Part shown: piece after piece, positions 57,493-64,000 of the stretch
How positions within the stretch are numbered: position 1 is the first letter of the stretch
Layout of the letters: every line of letters begins with the position of its first letter
DNA from: Candidatus Daviesbacteria bacterium
Lineage (GTDB): Bacteria > Patescibacteriota > Microgenomatia > Daviesbacterales > UBA10151
Assembly: GCA_016187025.1 (NCBI GenBank)
Contig: JACPKM010000001.1
Span: forward strand, 43,188-107,187
DNA length: 64,000 nucleotides
Reading direction: 5' to 3'
The notes under the pieces: model-generated
The model's input: only the letters and a program-made list of their open reading frames with translations
What the model was told of the DNA's origin: nothing
Databases searched by the model: none
Program-made: the position numbers and the translations under genes

Positions 57493-58158
57493 ATGCTATC
57501 AGAAAACATTTCAAAAAAAGTTTTTAATTACTTTCAATCCTCAACTATCACTAGGTTTAAGAAAAAGGATATTGTCCTGCACCCAGAACAAAACACTTCC
57601 TTGGTTTTTTCTATCAAAAGTGGCTTTGCCAGAGCGTATAGGATCTCAGAAGACGGAGACGAACTGACCTTAATGATTTTAAAGTCTGGAGATATCTTTC
57701 CTTTGGCTATTGGAATCCTCTCAGACCACAATAATTACTACATTGAAGCTATAACCTCTTTAGAGGTTTACTCTGCCAAAGAAGACCTTTTTCTAAGCTT
57801 TGTCAAAAGCAGACCAGAAATTTTTTATGAACTGATGACAGATACGCTAGCCCAATTTAATAATTTACTTGCCAGGATGGAAAACCTGGTAATCGGTAAG
57901 GCTTATTCAAAGGTTGTTTCTACCCTTTTGTCTTGTGTGCAAAGTTTTGGCCAGAAAAAAGGAGATAATGTAATTTTAAACTTACCCTTAACTCATAAAG
58001 ATATTGCAAATTTGGCAGGCATTACCAGAGAAACTACCTGTTTAGAAATGAAAAAATTGGTCAACAAGGGGTTAATTTCAAAAAGCGGAAAACTATTTAT
58101 AGTCACTAATTTGAAACAACTAGAAGAAGAGGTGTATGAGCCACCGCTTCACTACTGA
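57493..58158 (+). CDS. Crp/Fnr family transcriptional regulator
   Basis: cNMP-binding barrel and LTHKDIANLAGITRET HTH. Confidence 0.9.
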   Translation: MLSENISKKVFNYFQSSTITRFKKKDIVLHPEQNTSLVFSIKSGFARAYRISEDGDELTLMILKSGDIFPLAIGILSDHNNYYIEAITSLEVYSAKEDLFLSFVKSRPEIFYELMTDTLAQFNNLLARMENLVIGKAYSKVVSTLLSCVQSFGQKKGDNVILNLPLTHKDIANLAGITRETTCLEMKKLVNKGLISKSGKLFIVTNLKQLEEEVYEPPLHY

Positions 58159-58207
58159 TTCCTTTTTGTGTGAATCTATATTAAATGAACGTATCGGTGG
58201 AATGTTA

Positions 58208-58486
58208 TCAAACACCCCTTAATGCCCTTCCAATGAATAAAAGCAGTAACGCTCCAAGAGAGGCAACTATAATAGAGCTTAAGTTGAATCCAGAAATACC
58301 TACTCCAAAAATCAGACTGCCTAAATACCCACCAATCAAGGCACCTAATACTCCAAGCACCATTGACCCTAAAATTCCACCTCTAGATGGTCGTGGATCA
58401 ATTAGATTTGCAACGGAGCCAGCAATAATTCCCAGTAAAATCCAAGCCAAAACACTCATAACTTTATACTTCTCACCTCCCTCCAA
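58208..58486 (-). CDS. GlsB/YeaQ/YmgE family membrane protein (paralog 2)
   Basis: Similar to 53912-54172; start probably MSVLAW at 58459. Confidence 0.85.
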   Translation of the reverse strand: MEGGEKYKVMSVLAWILLGIIAGSVANLIDPRPSRGGILGSMVLGVLGALIGGYLGSLIFGVGISGFNLSSIIVASLGALLLLFIGRALRGV

Positions 58487-58571
58487 ACTGTAAAGATTGG
58501 GTTACATCATAAAAAAAGCTGTTAAGAAGATCTAAAAGAACGTGTAAGAAGATCGGAAGAATTAAATAATA

Positions 58572-59060
58572 TCAAGATCGTTTTTTATCTTTTAAAAACT
58601 TAATCGAACAAGTAGTGGAAAAATTCTTTAAAATGGATACTTTAAGCAGCTTGGCATTTGTTAGCTGAGCTTGTCTTTGTTTATGATCAATATTTGGGTC
58701 CCCTTTGGAGGTTACAATTATATCCGGGCAAATCTTTTTTACTATTTGGTCATATTGCTGGTCAGTTGCCATAAAAGGCAAGTTAACTACATAATCTACT
58801 ATACTAAGTGATGATAAAACCTGAGATCTTGCTTTCTGGTTAAATACCGGCCGGTGGTTTCCTTTTCTTTTAACAATGTTTAAATCATTTTCCAAAAGTA
58901 TTACTAAAAAATCAGCTTGTTGTTTTGCTTTAGTTAAAAAGTGAATATGTCCTGGATGAATAAGGTCAAAACAACCTCCACATAAAGAAATCGTCTTTTT
59001 TTGGTTTTTCAAGCTCTTTAGGACATTTAAAAAGTTTTTGACAGACACCACTTTCCCCAT
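58572..59060 (-). CDS. cytidylyl/adenylyltransferase family protein
   Basis: GGCFDLIHPGH, KG..RPV, STT. Confidence 0.85.
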   Translation of the reverse strand: MGKVVSVKNFLNVLKSLKNQKKTISLCGGCFDLIHPGHIHFLTKAKQQADFLVILLENDLNIVKRKGNHRPVFNQKARSQVLSSLSIVDYVVNLPFMATDQQYDQIVKKICPDIIVTSKGDPNIDHKQRQAQLTNAKLLKVSILKNFSTTCSIKFLKDKKRS

Positions 59061-59078
59061 AAGATAAGAATATTGGGC

Positions 59079-59726
59079 TCAATCAGTTAACTTGCTGTCA
59101 ATAATTTGTTTCATCTTTTCATATCCAGGCACTCCTACAACTTTTTCTCCATCTATAAAAAAGGTTGGGGTTGCATTTACTCCCAAGCTTATTCCGTCTT
59201 CCTTATCTTTGTTAATTTTATCCTCATATACATTACTTTCTACTGCTTGTTTAAACTTATCTGTATCTAAGCTTAGGGCTTGGGCATAACTGATAAAAAC
59301 TTCTAAGGGACTCTCAGCAGTTTCCCACTCCAGCTGGTTTTGATACAGCTTATCTGCCATTTCAAAAAACTTCCCTTGATCCCCTGCTGCCTCAGCAGCT
59401 TCTGCTGCTATTGGAGCATTTTTGTGAGCAGGCAGAGGAAAATGCCGGTAAACATAGTTCATTCTACCCCGGTATTCAGCTATGAATTGTGTAACTAACG
59501 GATGTGCTGCACGGCATGCTGGACACTGAAAGTCTGCAAACTCAACAAAAGTAACTTTAGCAGAATCTGTTGCAATTTTAAAACTATCTTCCCTGACAAG
59601 TAATTCAGGCCTGGTAACTTGCTTAGATGGTTGTTCTGAATTCCTGCCTAAAAGAAAAACTGCACCAAACAGAATAATAAGGGTTGCAGCTCCTATTCCT
59701 ATCAAAATTTTTACTTCCTGAGTCAT
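59079..59726 (-). CDS. DsbA/BdbD-family oxidoreductase
   Basis: DFQCPAC, RHFPL, TPTF. Confidence 0.9.
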   Translation of the reverse strand: MTQEVKILIGIGAATLIILFGAVFLLGRNSEQPSKQVTRPELLVREDSFKIATDSAKVTFVEFADFQCPACRAAHPLVTQFIAEYRGRMNYVYRHFPLPAHKNAPIAAEAAEAAGDQGKFFEMADKLYQNQLEWETAESPLEVFISYAQALSLDTDKFKQAVESNVYEDKINKDKEDGISLGVNATPTFFIDGEKVVGVPGYEKMKQIIDSKLTD

Positions 59727-60145
59727 TTCTTACGTTCCTTTAATGAAACATACATACAAGCAGTGATAATAGCAAAGGAAAGTAAAGATAAAAATGGGAT
59801 GGTGATAAAACCAAACCATTCTATGTATACACTGGTGCAAGACACCCCCAAACTACATGGTCCGAGCTGATCAGCAATCACTCCCATTTGCAGCAAATAC
59901 TGGTAAAATGCCACTACCATACCAAGAAGAGAAAAAGGCAGTACATAAAAGGCAAGTTTTTTATCTTTTAGTAAAATCCCCACTGCAATAATTATCACCA
60001 AAGGGTAGGTTAAAATTCTTTGGTACCAACATAAAATACATGGAACAAATCCTAATATTTCGCTAAAATATAGGCTTCCCAAGGTTGCAATCAGTGCTTG
60101 AACCCATGCTAAATATACAAGGTTATCTTTGATTTTTACAAACAT
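59723..60145 (-). CDS. disulfide bond formation protein B (BdbC-like)
   Basis: GSLYFSE..PCILCWYQR; second Cys pair. Confidence 0.9.
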   Translation of the reverse strand: MFVKIKDNLVYLAWVQALIATLGSLYFSEILGFVPCILCWYQRILTYPLVIIIAVGILLKDKKLAFYVLPFSLLGMVVAFYQYLLQMGVIADQLGPCSLGVSCTSVYIEWFGFITIPFLSLLSFAIITACMYVSLKERKK

Positions 60146-60208
60146 AAAAAGCTTCTCGAGTATAACATATGCTTTCTATATCTAGACAAGGAGTATAATT
60201 TAGCAGAA

Positions 60209-60799
60209 ATGCCAAAACCATATATTGTAAAAGATAAATTCACTATTAAAGCTAAAAATGAAGGGTTTAGAGCAAGATCTGTTTATAAACTATTCGAGCT
60301 TGATCAAAGGTTTAATATATTTAAAAGGGGGATGAAAGTGCTGGATTTAGGAGCTGCTCCTGGCTCCTGGCTACAGCTAATCAGCAAAAGCATAGGTCCA
60401 ACAGGTTTTGTGCTGGGGCTGGATTTGCAGGAAATAAAACCTATTGAAAAAAACGTTATGACCAAAGTTTGTGACATTACTAACCTTTCTCAAGTAGAAA
60501 AATACTTAAATGAAGTAAACATTGCAAATCCAGATGTAATAGTTTCTGACTTGGCCCCTTTTACAACAGGAGTAAAATATACTGACCAGCAAAGAAGTTT
60601 GGAATTGAACCAAGTAGTTTTTGAAATAGCAAAGAAAAGCTTAAAAAGGGGTATTTTAGTAATGAAGATGTTTGAAGGACCAGACATGCCTTGGTTTATC
60701 AAGCAGTTGAAAAACTACTTCTCTCTTGTTCAAACCACTACGGTTAAAGCAACACGGGACAGAAGCAAGGAGATGTATATAATATGCAAAAAAGTATAA
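60209..60799 (+). CDS. rlmE: 23S rRNA Um2552 methyltransferase
   Basis: RARSVYKL, DLGAAPGSW, SDLAP, K-D-K-E tetrad. Confidence 0.92.
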   Translation: MPKPYIVKDKFTIKAKNEGFRARSVYKLFELDQRFNIFKRGMKVLDLGAAPGSWLQLISKSIGPTGFVLGLDLQEIKPIEKNVMTKVCDITNLSQVEKYLNEVNIANPDVIVSDLAPFTTGVKYTDQQRSLELNQVVFEIAKKSLKRGILVMKMFEGPDMPWFIKQLKNYFSLVQTTTVKATRDRSKEMYIICKKV

Positions 60800-60815
60800 G
60801 CTTTACCTAAATATC

Positions 60816-61250
60816 TTACTCCACGATAAACTGACCTACCATGCCCATCTGGCGGTGATTACCAACACTGCAAAAATACTCAAAAGTACCCTTCTTGTCT
60901 GCAATAAACTCTATTGTGTCGGTCTCCCCTGCATTAATCTGCTTTGTTTTAGTATTAAACCCGCTCAGTGTCCAGTCATGAAAGCCTTCAGTATTTCTAA
61001 AAACTATTCTAACTCTATCGCCCTCATTGACTCTGATCTCTTTAGGAGCAAACTCAAAAGGCCTGCCCTCTACCTCAAATGTTTTAACAATGGCAGGAGC
61101 AGGAGAAGTATTTAGAATTCCCCCACCTTGTACTTGTTCCTCATTTACCTGGCTTCTTTGCGACTGAGTAGCCCAAAATAACCCACCAGCTAAAATTAGC
61201 ACTAGAATACCTAGTCCTACTGCCCAGGTTATATTGTTCATGTTTATCAC
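60816..61250 (-). CDS. membrane-anchored cupredoxin
   Basis: FHDW..YFCSVGNHRQMGM type-1 copper ligands. Confidence 0.85.
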   Translation of the reverse strand: MINMNNITWAVGLGILVLILAGGLFWATQSQRSQVNEEQVQGGGILNTSPAPAIVKTFEVEGRPFEFAPKEIRVNEGDRVRIVFRNTEGFHDWTLSGFNTKTKQINAGETDTIEFIADKKGTFEYFCSVGNHRQMGMVGQFIVE

Positions 61251-61424
61251 CCCCCCTTAACCAAAAATTTTGTTAATACTATTATGACAATATAAAAAGC
61301 AGAAAATGGATAAGAAATAGTAAGTAGTTAGTAAGAGACAGTTTCTTACTGACCTGTTTCTAAAAAATGATGCATTTCATAATCACTCAATATAATATGA
61401 AAGTTTCATATTAAGGAGGCTTGT

Positions 61425-61979
61425 TTGATCAAAATAGTAGCTTTTTTAACTTTTTCAATTATTTTGACTATAACCATATTTGGAACATTAGCTAAAACTG
61501 CCCTAGCAGGCAATCCTACTGTTTCCCCCATCTCAGCAACTGTTGTAAATATTCAAAACTCCCAATTTTTACCTCAGCAGATAAATATAGCTGCAGGAGA
61601 AACAATTACCTGGGTAAACCAAGACTCTATCGAGCATACGACAACCTCCGATGATATAAACGCAGCAGAGTCTTGGGGTTCTGGGACTTTAGTACCAGGA
61701 CAGTCTTTTTCAAAAATGTTTACCAAGCCTGGAGTTTATAACTACCATTGCAGTGTCCATCCCTCAATGCGCGGCACTGTAGTAGTTATGGAAACAACCC
61801 GACCACCAACTACAAGTCCCCCAAGCCAGTTACCCAAAACCGGGACACCTTTGGAAACTTTATTTATTTTAGCGGGACTACTACCACTGGGATTAAAACT
61901 TATGAGATTTAGCTCAGTTAAAACTATTAGAAAACAAGGGCAATACTTATGGCAAGAGCGCCAATTCAAAATAACCTAA
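61425..61979 (+). CDS. plastocyanin/amicyanin-like protein with C-terminal LPKTG motif
   Basis: Signal peptide, EHT, YHCSVHPSM, LPKTG plus hydrophobic segment and basic tail. Confidence 0.8.
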   Translation: MIKIVAFLTFSIILTITIFGTLAKTALAGNPTVSPISATVVNIQNSQFLPQQINIAAGETITWVNQDSIEHTTTSDDINAAESWGSGTLVPGQSFSKMFTKPGVYNYHCSVHPSMRGTVVVMETTRPPTTSPPSQLPKTGTPLETLFILAGLLPLGLKLMRFSSVKTIRKQGQYLWQERQFKIT

Positions 61980-62066
61980 AAAAGCAAACTTGATTAGTTG
62001 CTATAACACTAAGGCTTATTTTTACCGCTTCTTCTCTTGACAAAATAATTAGAAATGATAGACTTT

Positions 62067-62090
62067 ATATATGAGCAATCGTGCATATAT
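62067..62090. promoter_or_regulatory. ArsR/SmtB-type operator palindrome
   Basis: ATATATGAGCAATCGTGCATATAT overlapping the arsR start, downstream of a TTGACA promoter. Confidence 0.55.
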
Positions 62091-62442
62091 TCAAGGACAT
62101 GAAGGTCACCCTCATTACATAACCAATTCGAAAGTTATATCCTTGCAGAAGACTATCAGTTTTTCCCCGGAGGAAGAAGAGTGGGTAAGGATTATCCGTA
62201 ATCTATCAGACCCGACAAAGCTTAAGATTTATTTAATACTTACAAAGGTAAAAGAAATTCCGGTTGCTGATTTGACCCAAGTTTTGAATGTTTCCCAATC
62301 AGCTATATCACATGCATTATCAGATTTAAAAAACCTGGGACTTGTTGAATGTCACCGCTGCGGGCAATTGATCTGTTATTCCCTAAGCAACAGTAATAAG
62401 AAAAGAAGTTTTTTCAACCTTTTTGAAAGATTCAAGCCGTGA
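62071..62442 (+). CDS. ArsR/SmtB family repressor
   Basis: LSDPTKLKI, SQSAISHAL..LK..GLV..R.G. Confidence 0.88.
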   Translation: MSNRAYIQGHEGHPHYITNSKVISLQKTISFSPEEEEWVRIIRNLSDPTKLKIYLILTKVKEIPVADLTQVLNVSQSAISHALSDLKNLGLVECHRCGQLICYSLSNSNKKRSFFNLFERFKP

Positions 62443-62888
62443 AACCATTTAATATTTTTATCGTTTTGTCTCTACTGATAGTTACAGTCGGATTTGTCTT
62501 TTTTAAAGATGGGTTTAGTAAACTTCAAAAAAGTGTAAGTCCTGCCAACTCTTCCAACTCTGAAATTTTAATGGATCGTTTGAATTACCGTGATTATTCC
62601 CCAAACAATTTAGAATCCGCCCTAAAAAATGGAAGACCAGTTTTATTTTTTGCTGCCACAATCTGGTGTCAAACCTGCCAGGCTTTGGAAGAAGAGATAA
62701 AAGAGAGAGCTAATTCTCTCCCTCCTGATGTAACAATCCTAAAAGTGGATTATGACAACGATAAAATAATGAACAATAAATATAGAGTAACTTCTCAGCA
62801 TACATTGATTGTTCTAGATAGAAACGGCAATGAAGTTAAAAGGTGGATTGGTGGCAACCTTGATGCCTTAATTCAAAACCTGGAGTAA
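62439..62888 (+). CDS. membrane-anchored thioredoxin-family protein
   Basis: N-terminal TM segment, WCQTC. Confidence 0.85.
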   Translation: MKPFNIFIVLSLLIVTVGFVFFKDGFSKLQKSVSPANSSNSEILMDRLNYRDYSPNNLESALKNGRPVLFFAATIWCQTCQALEEEIKERANSLPPDVTILKVDYDNDKIMNNKYRVTSQHTLIVLDRNGNEVKRWIGGNLDALIQNLE

Positions 62889-62892
62889 ACTT

Positions 62893-64000
62893 ATGTTTCT
62901 GCTCATACCAATAGCCTTTATATCAGGAATCTTGACAGTGTTTTCTCCCTGTGTGTTGCCAATTTTGCCAGTTGTTTTAGCAAGCGGTATTGACGGCAAC
63001 ATTAAAAGAATTAAGGGTGTGATTTCTGGACTTGTTATAAGTTTTACTATCGCCTCTTTACTTTTGGCAACAATAGTTAGAGTTTTAGGAATCCCTGCAG
63101 ATACTGTTAGAACCTTAGCAGTAATTCTTTTAATCATATTCGGAATAAGCCTAGTTTTTCCTATTATCTGGGAGAAAGTTCAAATCTGGATTGAAAGGTA
63201 CTGGCACATTCAACCAATACAAAACCAAAACAGCGGCTTCTGGGGAGGATTTTTAACAGGTTCAAGTTTAGGGATTGTGTGGACTCCATGTATTGGCCCT
63301 ATTGTAGCGGCCATGGCAACGCTAGCTGCTGTCAGCTCATTTTCTCTGACAATGGTTATAATTGTTTTAGCTTACGCAATTGGTGCGGGAGTTCCTCTTT
63401 ACTTTATAGCAAAAGGCGGCAGTGCAGCATCCCAGAAGCTAACATTTTTTAAAACTGAAAACCAAAAGATCAGACAAATATTTGGAATAATTATTCTAGC
63501 AACTGCCCTTTTTATTTGGACAGGTTTAGATAGAGTATTACAAGGATGGACATTGGCTAATTTACCACAGTCTTGGACTCAAATTGCAACTACCTTTGAG
63601 AGTAGATTTAATGTTGACAACCAAGTTAATCAACAAACGCAAAAGGCAAGCCCTGGAGAAACTGTTGTAAGAAAAGTATCTCTACAAAATGATTTTACCG
63701 GAGCAAAGGTAAAACCAGAAGATTTGCTACAAGGTTGTTTTGGGCAAGACTGCATTCCTTCTATTGATAACCCTAAATTTGAATCTGTTCAGGATGCTAG
63801 TTGGTTAAGGGATGAAGATATAGTATTTGCTATTAATTATAAGGGGACTCAAAGAGCTTATCCACAGCGAATTCTCAACTGGCATGAGATAGTAAATGAT
63901 ACAATTGCAGGTGATCCGATTGCTGTTACCTTTTGCCCTCTTTGTGGCAGTGCTTTAGCCTTTGAAAGAAAAGTAGATGGAGTAATTACAGAATTTGGGG
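62893..64000 (+). CDS. CcdA/DsbD-like membrane domain fused to a DUF3179-like domain, truncated at window end
   Basis: Not in ORF track. ATG at 62893 gives FSPCVLPILP..WTPCIGP, then DCIPSIDNP, AYP..ILNWHEIVND, TFCPLCGS. Confidence 0.85.
   Translation, partial: MFLLIPIAFISGILTVFSPCVLPILPVVLASGIDGNIKRIKGVISGLVISFTIASLLLATIVRVLGIPADTVRTLAVILLIIFGISLVFPIIWEKVQIWIERYWHIQPIQNQNSGFWGGFLTGSSLGIVWTPCIGPIVAAMATLAAVSSFSLTMVIIVLAYAIGAGVPLYFIAKGGSAASQKLTFFKTENQKIRQIFGIIILATALFIWTGLDRVLQGWTLANLPQSWTQIATTFESRFNVDNQVNQQTQKASPGETVVRKVSLQNDFTGAKVKPEDLLQGCFGQDCIPSIDNPKFESVQDASWLRDEDIVFAINYKGTQRAYPQRILNWHEIVNDTIAGDPIAVTFCPLCGSALAFERKVDGVITEFG

Noticed and set aside
62868-63137. 89-aa minus-strand ORF and the many other short ORFs antisense to long genes
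   Set aside because: They are shadow frames of well-supported genes on the opposite strand.

Overview
Low-GC, gene-dense bacterial chromosome segment. The gene content points to a Patescibacteria/CPR genome, probably Microgenomates (inference): short PolA without a proofreading domain, ATP-dependent ligase, PaaX-like repressor, VirB4-like ATPase, class I aldolase and DsbA/cupredoxin clusters. Housekeeping and metabolic genes include an ispH-idi-polyprenyl synthase cluster, pth, lig, carAB, recF, mutM, polA, ftsH, trpS, a split ATP-citrate lyase, sodN/sodX, trxB and rlmE. There are three tRNAs: a CAU tRNA, an initiator tRNA split by a 219-nt group I intron, and a rare tRNA-Ile(UAU). The most unusual signals are: (1) short 7-bp-period repeat tracts inside many unrelated housekeeping ORFs, with the same kind of repeat flanking a four-helix-bundle gene that sits inside an operon; (2) an integrase-less series of accessory modules at the 3' end of tRNA-fMet, bounded by two identical 67-bp hairpin sites that end in the tRNA's own 3' sequence; (3) a Trp leader-peptide attenuator upstream of trpS; (4) a frameshifted gene resembling a DGR target; (5) nested palindromic miniature elements, one of them translated inside a protein. 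All calls are by eye from sequence motifs; no database searches were run.
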